From positions 240,001 through 272,000 of the forward strand of contig NZ_CP042911.1 in NCBI RefSeq assembly GCF_008065095.1: a stretch of 32,000 nt of DNA, given 5' to 3'. This stretch comes from Gemmata obscuriglobus. Lineage in GTDB: Bacteria; Planctomycetota; Planctomycetia; Gemmatales; Gemmataceae. Below are positions 7,676-15,692 of the stretch, one piece after another. Each line of letters opens with the position of its first letter. Position 1 is the stretch's first letter. The translations under genes and the position numbers were made by a program. The notes beneath the pieces were generated by a model that was not told where the DNA came from, did not search any database, and worked only from the letters and a program-made list of their open reading frames with translations.

Positions 7676-9031
7676 GTGAGAGCTGTTGCCGTGGGGGCAC
7701 GGGCCGCCGGGTTCCTCGCGCTGCTCCTGCTCGGGTGCGGCCCAAAACCAGCACCGCCCGCGCCGGTCACAGATACGAACCCGTCTCCCGAAAGGCCGCG
7801 AGCCGTTGCGTCTCGGGAGAAGCCGGAAGAACAGAACCGCCTCCCACCTCTGACCGAGACCGACCGCGAGAAGCTGCAAGCCCTCGAACACGCCGGCGTG
7901 ACGGTCCACGGCCCCGGGGCCGACGGCGGGTGCGTCGTACGGGTCGAACGCACGGCCGATCTCGCGCCGGCCCTGGCGACCCTCAAGGGGTTGAAATGCG
8001 TCACCGAAGTGACGTTCGCGAGCGACCGGCTCACCGACACGGATCTGGCGTGTATCGCCGGTTTCGAGCACCTGCGGTCGTTCGGGCTGCGTGACTGCGG
8101 GCGGGTGACCGGCGCGGGGTTCGGCGTACTCGCGCAGCTCCCGCGGCTGAAGTGGGTCAGTCTCGTCGGGCCGGTTACCGATGAGGCCGGGCCGCACCTC
8201 GGGCGAATCAAGACGCTCGAAACGGTCGTGCTGTACCGAACGAAGTTCACGGACGCGGGGCTCAAGGAACTCGCCGCGCTCCCCGCCCTCGGCTCGGTGA
8301 ATGTCACGGCGACGCCGGTGACCGGGACCGCGTTCGCGGAGCCGGGGTGGTCGCGGCTCCGCGAGATCGACGCGACACAAACCGCTTTCAACGCCGCCGG
8401 TCTCGAAGCGGTGTCCGCGCTGCCGGTTCTGGGGACGCTGACGCTCGACGCCACCGCGGTCACGGACTCTGGCCTCAAACACCTCGCCCGCGCGCGGGCG
8501 CTCCAGGAGCTGAGCCTCGCGGACACGCCCGTCGCCGACACCGGCGTCGCGGCCCTGGCGGGTGTCCAGACGCTCCGCGTGCTGAATCTGGAGCGCACCG
8601 GAGTAACGGGCGCGGCGTTCGCGACGTTCCCGGTGCCAGCGGAACTGCGCAAGCTGAACCTGGCCGAGACGAGGTTCACCGACGCGAGCGGCTCGCATCT
8701 GGCGCGGCTCCCGGCCCTCACCAACCTGTCGCTGAGCGGCTGCGACGTGACCGACGCCGGGCTGGCGCGGCTCGCCGATTTGAAGAAGCTGGCCAACCTC
8801 GATCTCACCGGCACGAAGGCCGGTGACGGCGCGGCCGAGGTGGCCGGCACGCTCGCGGAACTGGAAGTGGTGTCGTTCCGAGGAACGCAGTTGACCGACG
8901 CCGGGCTCAAGGCCGCGGCACACGGGGCGCGGCTGCGGTTCCTGTACGTGCGCGGGTCGAAGGTGACGAAACGCGGCGCGGTCGACGCCGGAAAGGTTGT
9001 TCGCGAAGGGTGCCGGATCGTGGCGGAATGA
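7676..9031 (+). CDS. Leucine-rich-repeat lipoprotein
   Basis: The GTG at 7676 follows GAGGG and lies 10 nt after the WD40 stop. The signal and lipobox read RAVAVGARAAGFLALLLLGC. There are many ~24-aa LRR units of the form L..L..L.L..T.VTDAGL..L. It is probably co-transcribed with the WD40 gene. Confidence 0.8.
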   Translation: MRAVAVGARAAGFLALLLLGCGPKPAPPAPVTDTNPSPERPRAVASREKPEEQNRLPPLTETDREKLQALEHAGVTVHGPGADGGCVVRVERTADLAPALATLKGLKCVTEVTFASDRLTDTDLACIAGFEHLRSFGLRDCGRVTGAGFGVLAQLPRLKWVSLVGPVTDEAGPHLGRIKTLETVVLYRTKFTDAGLKELAALPALGSVNVTATPVTGTAFAEPGWSRLREIDATQTAFNAAGLEAVSALPVLGTLTLDATAVTDSGLKHLARARALQELSLADTPVADTGVAALAGVQTLRVLNLERTGVTGAAFATFPVPAELRKLNLAETRFTDASGSHLARLPALTNLSLSGCDVTDAGLARLADLKKLANLDLTGTKAGDGAAEVAGTLAELEVVSFRGTQLTDAGLKAAAHGARLRFLYVRGSKVTKRGAVDAGKVVREGCRIVAE

Positions 9032-9111
9032 AGAAGACGGGGCGAACGGTCACGGGCGCGGGTCGGAATCAGCGGGCGTCAGCCCGGTTCCGCCCCGCGC
9101 CTGTGCCCATC

Positions 9112-9888
9112 TCAGTTGTCATTGAACTCGCCCTTGCGCTTCGCGAGGTGCGACTGCAACCGGGCCACGATGCTGGAGTGCATCTGCGAGACGCGGGACT
9201 CGCTCAGGTTGAGCGTCGCCCCGATCTCCTTCATCGTCATCTCCTCGTAGTAGTAGAGGATGACGATGAGCCGCTCGTTGCGGTTCAGCCCCCGCGTCAC
9301 GAGCTTCATCAGGTCGCGGTTCTGGAGCCGCCCGGTCGGGCTCTCGGCCTTCTTGTCCTCGAGAATGTCGATCTCGCGGACGTCCTTGTAGCTGTCCGTC
9401 TCGTACCACTTCTTGTTCAGGCTGACCAGGTTCACCGCGGTCGCGTCGCCGACGTACGACTCGAGCTGCTCCAGCGGGATGCCCAGCTTCTCCGAGAGCT
9501 CCTCGGGCTTCGGCGGGCGGCCGAGGGCGGCCTCGAGCTGTTTGCGCGCCGCCTCCATCTTGGACGCCTTGCTGCGGACCAGGCGCGGCACCCAGTCCAT
9601 GGTGCGCAGCTCGTCCAGCATGGCGCCGCGGATGCGGGGCACGCAGTACGTTTCGAACTTGACGCCGCGGGTCAGGTCGAACGCGTCGATCGCGTCCAGC
9701 AACCCGAAGACGCCGGCACTGATCAGGTCGTCGAGTTCGACGCCGTCCGGCAGGCGGGACCAGATGCGCTCGGCGTTGTACTTCACGAGCGACAGGTACC
9801 GTTCGACGAGCCGGTTGCGCAGCTCGACGGTCGGGCGCTCGCGGTACTCCAGCCAAACGGCCTGGATGTCCGTCTCGGTTTGGGTCAC
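9112..9888 (-). CDS. Sigma-70 family RNA polymerase sigma factor, FliA/WhiG (sigma-28) type
   Basis: In ORF 9112..9999 I trimmed the start to the GTG at 9888, 8 nt after GGGAGGA. Supporting motifs are VELDDLISAGVFGLLDAIDAFD…GVKFETYCVPRIRGAMLDELRTMDWVPR (regions 2-3) and LIVILYYYEEMTMKEIGATLNLSESRVSQMH (region 4). Confidence 0.85.
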   Translation of the reverse strand: MTQTETDIQAVWLEYRERPTVELRNRLVERYLSLVKYNAERIWSRLPDGVELDDLISAGVFGLLDAIDAFDLTRGVKFETYCVPRIRGAMLDELRTMDWVPRLVRSKASKMEAARKQLEAALGRPPKPEELSEKLGIPLEQLESYVGDATAVNLVSLNKKWYETDSYKDVREIDILEDKKAESPTGRLQNRDLMKLVTRGLNRNERLIVILYYYEEMTMKEIGATLNLSESRVSQMHSSIVARLQSHLAKRKGEFNDN

Positions 9889-10634
9889 GATCAAATCCTC
9901 CCTGATGAGCGGCAAGGCGATGGGTCGCTTAAGCCCGCACGCCGGACACGGGCCGCGCGTCGCCGCGCCGGCCCGGGAACTGCGCCCCCCTGCGGGCACA
10001 CGGTCAGATGGGTGCGTTTCACGCCGGGTTCAGTTCGGCGACCGACGGCTGCGGCTTCCCCTACCGCAGCGCACGTGTCGTGCCGAATGTTCCCGAAACG
10101 CGCCCCCCGAACCGTTGCACTGACCACCGGCTTGCCCGTCCCCCGAAGCGCCGAGCGGGTACGCTCCGGCGCTTAAATGCACTATCGACCGCGGCGTGTC
10201 CGGTGATCGAACAAAACCACCGAAACCCGTGATCGACCCGAACCCCTCGCCTTGCCCAGCCGGCGGAACCGACGGCACCGGTCCCGGCCGCGCGGGCGGA
10301 ACGCCCGGAGCAGCGGGAGCATGGCGCACAGGCCGCTTCCGTCGTCACCCGTTACTCACGGTGTGGGCTGCTGAAGTAGAGGTGCGGTATGCCCGGGCGA
10401 GGGAGCGATGTGAAGGGGAAGATTTACAATTCACCGCACTCTTTACACGCCCGCTCGCGGCCCGCAGGCGCCGCCGGTAAGATGTGCAAAGCGGGGCGAA
10501 GGGGTCCACCGCCCTTCCCAGGTAAATGACGAGGGAAGGGTCGGCGCGGCGCCGCACGAGGGCGGTCGCGGCGGGCCACTTGTGCTCCCTTAGTCAGGGA
10601 GCGGTCGGGGTAGCTTTCCCACACGGAGGGAGTC

Positions 10635-11690
10635 ATGAGCCAGGCGTTCGGCTGGGCACTCGGGTTGATGCTGGTGGCGGTCGGCGGCGTCGGCCCGCTC
10701 TGGTGGCTCACCGGGTGCAGCGGCCCAGAGCCGCAAAAGGCCCAGCTCCCCACACTCGACGACGGGGCCGACCCGCAGAAGAAAACCGAATTCGGCACCG
10801 GTGGCGGGGCCGACGAGAAGGGTGCCGGCGTCAAGTTCGACCCGGACCGGGCGCTCAAGTACCTCAAGCAGCTCTGCGACATCGGCCCGCGGATCAGCGC
10901 CACCGACGGGATGAAGAAGCAGCAGGCGCTGGTCGAGAAGCACTTCAAGGACCTCGGCGCGACCGTGACCCGGCAGGAGTTTAAAGCGCGCCAGAAGAGC
11001 CGGAAGGACGACACCGACTTCGTGAACCTGGTCGTCTCGTGGAACCCCGATAAGGCGAAGCGGGTGCTGCTCTGCACCCACTACGACACCCGCCCGATCG
11101 CCGACCAGGAGGCCAACCCGAAGAACTGGACCAAGCCGTTCGTGAGCGCCAACGACGGCACCAGCGGGGTCGCGTTCCTGATGGAGCTGGGGCACCACAT
11201 GAAGGACCTGAAGTGCGAGTACGGGGTCGACTTCGTCCTGTTCGACGGCGAGGAGTACGTGTTCGAGACCAACCGCATGGGCGGCGGGGACCGGTACTTC
11301 ATCGGCTCCGACCACTTCGCCGACGAGTACCTGAAGTCGAAGGACAAGCGCAAGTTCAAGTACGAAGCCGGCGTGCTGTTCGACCTGTTCGCCGGCAAGG
11401 ACGCGGACCTCAAGGTGGAGGTGTACTCCTACGAGTCCGCCAAGCCCCTGGTGGAACAGATTTGGGGGACGGCGAAGGCGGTCGGGGCGCGGTCGTTCAA
11501 GTACGAGCGGGGGTACGAGGTGCAGGACGACCACCTCGCGCTCAACCGGGTGGGCATCCCGACCGTGGACGTGATCGACTTCGACTACCCCCACTGGCAC
11601 AAACTGTCGGACACGGCCGACAAGGTTTCCGGCGCCCAACTGGCCGAGGTGTCGAAGGTCATCACCACATGGCTCCAGAAGATCAAGTGA
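10635..11690 (+). CDS. M28-family peptidase / glutaminyl-cyclase-like lipoprotein
   Basis: GGAGGGAG precedes the ATG at 10635. The lipobox is WWLTGC. Supporting motifs are LLCTHYDTRP…NDGTSGVAFLMELG…VLFDGEEY…DDHLALN..GIP.VD.IDF.YPHWH. Confidence 0.85.
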   Translation: MSQAFGWALGLMLVAVGGVGPLWWLTGCSGPEPQKAQLPTLDDGADPQKKTEFGTGGGADEKGAGVKFDPDRALKYLKQLCDIGPRISATDGMKKQQALVEKHFKDLGATVTRQEFKARQKSRKDDTDFVNLVVSWNPDKAKRVLLCTHYDTRPIADQEANPKNWTKPFVSANDGTSGVAFLMELGHHMKDLKCEYGVDFVLFDGEEYVFETNRMGGGDRYFIGSDHFADEYLKSKDKRKFKYEAGVLFDLFAGKDADLKVEVYSYESAKPLVEQIWGTAKAVGARSFKYERGYEVQDDHLALNRVGIPTVDVIDFDYPHWHKLSDTADKVSGAQLAEVSKVITTWLQKIK

Positions 11691-12814
11691 CCGCGCGGCT
11701 CGCGCACCGCCGGGCGGACGTCGAGGCGAAGCAGCGGCTGGTCGCCGGGGTGCTCGCGGCGATGGGGTGCGAGGCGGCGGTGCTGCTGATGCCCGCGCAC
11801 GTGGCGTGGTTCACCGCGGGGCTCAGCGCCCGCGGGCTGATCGCCGACTCCGAGCGCCCGGGCGTCTTCACCAACGGCCGGCAGCGGTGGCTGCTGTGCT
11901 CGAACGTGGACACGCACCGGCTCTTCGACGAGGAACTCGACCGGCTCGGGTTCCAGTTGAAGGAGTGGGCGTGGGACGGCGGCCGCTCCGAGCTGCTGTT
12001 CAACGTCACGACGGGCCGGACGGTGGCGGCGGACCGGCCGTTCCCGAACGTGCCGATGGCCAACGACCGGCTCCGGCCGCTGCTCCGCGCCCTGTCGCCG
12101 TTCGAGCAGGAGCAGTACCGCGAACTGGGGGCCGGGGTGGCGCACGCGGTGGAGGCCACGGCCCGTGGGGTCCACCGGCACGAGAGCGAGGAGGAGGTCG
12201 CGGGCCAGCTCGGGCACCGGCTCCTGCACCGGGGCATCGAGCCGGCCGTGCTGAGCGTGGTCGCCGACGCCCGGGGCGCGCGGTTCCGGCGGGCCGGGGC
12301 CACGGCCGCGCCGGTCCGGCACACCTGCACCATCCAGGCCACCGGCCAGCGCGACGGGTTGTACGCCACCGCGTCGCGAACGGTGACCTTCGGCCCCCCG
12401 CCGGACGAGTTCCGCACCGGGTTCGACCTCGCGCTGAAGCTGGCCGCGGTGTACCGCTCCTTTACGCAGCCCGGGATCGCGATCGCGCCGGTCGCGGACG
12501 CGGCCGGCGCGCTCCTCGCGAACACGCCGTTCGAGTTTGACGCCCGGCTGAGCCAGCCCGGGTACGGGGCCGGCCGGTTCGCGGCCGAGGAGCTGCGGCG
12601 CGCCGGCGCCGACGAGCCGCTCGTGGCGGGGCAGGCGGTGGTGTGGCAGCCGCGGGTCGGCCCCGCCGCGTGCGCCGACACCGTGATCGTGACCGAAACG
12701 GGTTACGAACCGGTCACGCCCCCCTCGGAGTGGCCGTTCAAGCGGGTCACCGTCCGCGGGGCCGCGCACGACGTTCCCGACCTGCTGGTCCGCCCCGCGG
12801 GCGACCCGGCGTGA
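11669..12814 (+). CDS. M24 (pita-bread fold, Xaa-Pro aminopeptidase/creatinase-like) family protein, probably non-catalytic
   Basis: In ORF 11213..12814 I trimmed the start to the ATG at 11669, which overlaps the M28 gene end by 22 nt. The layout resembles M24: an N-terminal creatinase-like part followed by …GLYATASRTVTFG…GYGAGRFAAEE…VVWQPRV…ADTVIVTETGYEPVT. The canonical D/D/H/E/E ligands look substituted. Confidence 0.7.
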   Translation: MAPEDQVTARLAHRRADVEAKQRLVAGVLAAMGCEAAVLLMPAHVAWFTAGLSARGLIADSERPGVFTNGRQRWLLCSNVDTHRLFDEELDRLGFQLKEWAWDGGRSELLFNVTTGRTVAADRPFPNVPMANDRLRPLLRALSPFEQEQYRELGAGVAHAVEATARGVHRHESEEEVAGQLGHRLLHRGIEPAVLSVVADARGARFRRAGATAAPVRHTCTIQATGQRDGLYATASRTVTFGPPPDEFRTGFDLALKLAAVYRSFTQPGIAIAPVADAAGALLANTPFEFDARLSQPGYGAGRFAAEELRRAGADEPLVAGQAVVWQPRVGPAACADTVIVTETGYEPVTPPSEWPFKRVTVRGAAHDVPDLLVRPAGDPA

Positions 12815-12897
12815 GCCGGCCCGCGCCTTTGCGCCGCACCGCGCACTACAACGTTTCTTGCCGTCACTCGGATCGCCTTCACACGAGGAGAAGCAGC

Positions 12898-13566
12898 ATG
12901 TACCGGATGCTCGGAGCCGTTGCGGTCGCCCTGTCCGCCGCGGGGCTGTCGCAGGCGCACTTCCCGTTCGTCGTTCCGGACGCAAAGGGGGACTCCGCGA
13001 AGGTGGTGTTCAGCGACGCCCTGGAACCGGACCCCGCGGTGAACATCGAGAAGATCGCGAACACCAAGCTCACGCTCCGCGACGCGGGCGGCAAGGAGTC
13101 GGCGCTGGAGTGGAAGAAGGACGACGGGTTCTACGCGGTCAACGTCCCCGGCTCGGGCGACCGCGTCGTGTACGGCGTTACGGACTACGGGGTGCTGCAG
13201 AAGGGCGACGCCAAGCCGTTCAAGCTCGTCTACCTCCCGAAGGCCGCGATCGGCACCGCGACGGCGAAGCCGGTCGGCGCGAAGCTGGCCCTGGAGGTGG
13301 CGGCGGACGGCAAGGCCGGGGCGCTGCGGTTCCAGGTCCTCGCGGCGGGCAAGCCGCTGGCCGGGTCGGAGGTCACCGTGATGCTGCCGTCCGGCGGCAA
13401 GAAGGCCGTGACGACCGACAAGGACGGCTACACGCCCGCGTTCGACGCGACGGGGCGCTACGGCGTGTACGCGAAGCACGTCGAAGCGAAGGCCGGCGAG
13501 CACGCGGGCAAGAAGTACGACGAGGTCCGCACCTACGCCACGCTCGTGTGCGATGTCGCGAAGTGA
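12898..13566 (+). CDS. DUF4198-family periplasmic protein (Ni/Co-uptake-associated fold)
   Basis: GAGGAG lies 7 nt before the ATG at 12898. The signal peptide ends …LSQAHFPFVVPD, and AHF directly after cleavage is typical of DUF4198. The body is all-beta, Gly/Lys-rich. Confidence 0.8.
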   Translation: MYRMLGAVAVALSAAGLSQAHFPFVVPDAKGDSAKVVFSDALEPDPAVNIEKIANTKLTLRDAGGKESALEWKKDDGFYAVNVPGSGDRVVYGVTDYGVLQKGDAKPFKLVYLPKAAIGTATAKPVGAKLALEVAADGKAGALRFQVLAAGKPLAGSEVTVMLPSGGKKAVTTDKDGYTPAFDATGRYGVYAKHVEAKAGEHAGKKYDEVRTYATLVCDVAK

Positions 13567-13599
13567 GCCGCGGCTCGCTCGCGGGGCGGTCGCGGCCGG

Positions 13600-14380
13600 G
13601 GCATCGGGCTGCGGCCCCGCGCTTGCCATCTGCGCCCGCAACAGCACGACGTGAGCCGCCATCAGTTCGTCCATCGGCACCTCCGGTCGGTTCACCCAGG
13701 CCATTGCCGCCGCGAGCGCCAGCTCCTTGAGGTAGGCGAACGAGAACCCGGCGGTCGCCCCGGCGACCGCGTCCAACCCCGCGCCTGTGAGCCGCAGCGC
13801 CCCATCAAATTGCCGGTCCCACCATCGGAGGTACGCGGCCCGCTCGGGCGCCGCGGGCAGGTCGAAGTGGCACTTGCGGTCGAACCGGCTGGGCCGGTCC
13901 ACGATCGCGGGGGCGAGCCGCTCCGGGTGGTTGGTGGTGGCGACCGTGAGCAAGCCGTCGTTCTTCCGGAACCCGTCCAGTTCGTTCAGGAAGAACGACC
14001 GGTTCTCCCCGTCGATCAGCGCGCCGATGTCTTCGAGGGCTCCCGGGGCCGGCTCCCGGGCCGGCTCGAACACCTCGCGGATGCTGAGGTCCTCGTTCTG
14101 GTAGCGGGACTTCAGGCTCTTCACGTCCAGGCACGGCTTCTTCAGGTCGTTGATGAGGGACTGAATCATGTGGGTCTTGCCGTTGCCCCCGCGGGCCGAT
14201 CAGGATGAGCCCGCGCTTCCACGGCACGTTGAACTGGCGATATCGGTCGCGCGCGTCGAAGAACGCAGCCACGTCGGCGCGGATCGCATTCTTTAGCCCC
14301 GGCGGAAGAATCAGGCCGTCGAACCTTCGTCTCGCGGGTGTGACCCGTGCGTCGCGAGCCGTTGGACCACGAGGCCGTGT
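13600..14380 (-). pseudogene. Decayed AAA+ ATPase (CDC48/FtsH-like AAA core): 5'-truncated, frameshifted in the Walker A motif, no nearby stop
   Basis: One frame (14272 downwards) gives …FDGLILPPGLKNAIRADVAAFFDARDRYRQFNVPWKRGLILIGPRG. The next frame gives GNGKTHMIQSL…NRSFFLNELDG…TTNHPERLAPAIVDRPSRFDRK. The break is a C5 run at 14186-14190. There is an in-frame stop upstream at 14381-14383 with no start before the GTG at 14272. The Walker B region is shortened (APGALEDIG). The 3' limit is approximate. Confidence 0.65.
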
Positions 14381-14445
14381 TCAAGTGTGAGGAGTTCAAT
14401 GCAGCCGTCATCGCCTCCGGTAGTGCAGTCGGTTCGAATCCCTTC

Positions 14446-15489
14446 TCAGGGGATGGGTTGGGGAGGCGCACTTCGCTCTCGCGTATCGGGTTCCGGCTCA
14501 CGCCGCGCCCACCTGCCGGCGAGCGCCCCGCAGACGACGAGCTGGAGCGGGTGGTAGATCATGATCGGCACCAGGATCAGGCCGGTGTCGGCGCTCGCCC
14601 CGAAGATCAGGGCGGCCATCGGCACGCCCGAGGCCAGCGTCTTCTTCGACCCGCAGAACACCGCCGCGATCCGGTCCTCTTCCGGGAACCCGAGCAGCCG
14701 GCACGCCGCGGAGGTGGCGAGCAGCGCCGCCACCAGGAGCAGCGCCGACCCGGCCACCGCGACCGCGAGCGTCTCCCACCCCTGGTCGGTCCAGACGCCG
14801 CGCTTCACCGAGTCGCAGAACGAGGTGTACACGAGCAGCAGGACCGTCCCGCGGTCCACCTTCTGGGTGAACCGCTTGTTCCGCGCCGCCCACCCGCCGA
14901 GCCACGGCCGCAGCAACTGCCCCGCCGCCAGCGGCAGGACGAGCCAGATCACCAGGTCCAGGACGACCGGACCCAGCGGGACGCCGGCTCCGCCAGGGGC
15001 GACGCTGGCCGCCAGCCACAGCGGGGTGAGCAGCACGCCGAGCAGTGCGGACAGGGTGGCGTTGAACACCGCGGCCGGCACGTTGCCCCGCGCCGCGGCG
15101 GTTAGCGCGACCGACGAGGACACGGTGGACGGCAGCGCGCACAGGTAGAAGAAGCCGAGCCGCAGGCCCGCCGGGAGGTGATCGCCGGCGAGCGCCAGCA
15201 GCCCGATCCCCATGAGCGGGAACAGCAGGAACGTGCACGCCTGGACGGTCAGGTGGAGGGGCCAGCGGAGGGTGCCGGCCTTGAGGGCCGCGAACGGCAG
15301 CCCGACGCCGTGCAGGAAGAACACGACCGCCACCCCGGCTTTGGTGAGCACCTCGGGGTGCATCCAGCCGCCGTCGGCGCCGGGGTCAGGGAACAGCCAC
15401 GCGAGCCCGACGGCGGCGGCCATGCCGACCAGGAACCAGTCGAGGCGGCGGTGGAGGAAAGCAGACAACCAACCGGCACGCATAAACAC
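14446..15489 (-). CDS. Bile acid:Na+ symporter (BASS/SBF, YfeH-like) family transporter
   Basis: This is a 347-aa polytopic membrane protein with the pattern …FFLHG..L…LCALPSTVSS…VFCGSKKTLASGVPMA… typical of YfeH-like BASS proteins. The start is either the GTG at 15489 or the ATG at 15483, both after GGGAG. Confidence 0.85.
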   Translation of the reverse strand: MFMRAGWLSAFLHRRLDWFLVGMAAAVGLAWLFPDPGADGGWMHPEVLTKAGVAVVFFLHGVGLPFAALKAGTLRWPLHLTVQACTFLLFPLMGIGLLALAGDHLPAGLRLGFFYLCALPSTVSSSVALTAAARGNVPAAVFNATLSALLGVLLTPLWLAASVAPGGAGVPLGPVVLDLVIWLVLPLAAGQLLRPWLGGWAARNKRFTQKVDRGTVLLLVYTSFCDSVKRGVWTDQGWETLAVAVAGSALLLVAALLATSAACRLLGFPEEDRIAAVFCGSKKTLASGVPMAALIFGASADTGLILVPIMIYHPLQLVVCGALAGRWARREPEPDTRERSAPPQPIP

Positions 15490-15686
15490 GGATCTCCCGT
15501 TCGCAGGTGTGTGTGACTTCGATGCGGTCCGTCACAGAAAGCTCATACTCTTCCAAGATCCGAGTACCGCACGTCACTCCATCGCTTCCCTTGGTAGCCC
15601 ATCGGTGACGCACGGTCGGCACCTCGAACTCGGTAAGCGGACCATCGAAGGTGGCTGCCCACAAGTTTGTTTTGATGCAAGCTGTT

Positions 15687-15692
15687 TATAAT
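15687..15692 (+). promoter_or_regulatory. Perfect TATAAT hexamer in a local AT-rich island (promoter-like; strand and target uncertain)
   Basis: The sequence acaagtttgttttgatgcaagctgttTATAATcatgatg at 15661-15700 is far more AT-rich than its surroundings. There is no good -35 at 17 bp. It lies ~200 nt upstream of the minus-strand BASS gene and ~1.1 kb upstream of the TolC genes. Confidence 0.25.

Noticed and set aside
6640-8910. 756-aa and 443-aa minus-strand ORFs over the WD40 and LRR genes
   Set aside because: They are antisense shadows. Their translations are Ser/Arg/Pro/Ala-rich with no domain-like pattern, whereas the plus-strand frames give clean WD40 and LRR repeats.
9039-9096. Imperfect long-range pairing GGGGCGAACGG … CCGGTTCCGCCCC between the convergent LRR and sigma-factor genes
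   Set aside because: It needs bulges, has a ~35-nt interior and has no U tract on either strand. That is too weak to call a bidirectional terminator.
12703-13566. C-terminal ~290 codons of the 488-aa minus-strand ORF
   Set aside because: This part is antisense to the DUF4198 gene and shows no AAA or other homology. The ORF stays open only because the AAA relic lacks a stop.
14361-14450. Possible tRNA gene around the GGTTCGAATCC motif
   Set aside because: The T-stem has only 2 Watson-Crick pairs. I could find no acceptor-stem partner (CCCTGAG) upstream and no D-arm or anticodon arm. I kept it only as a possible relic in the findings.
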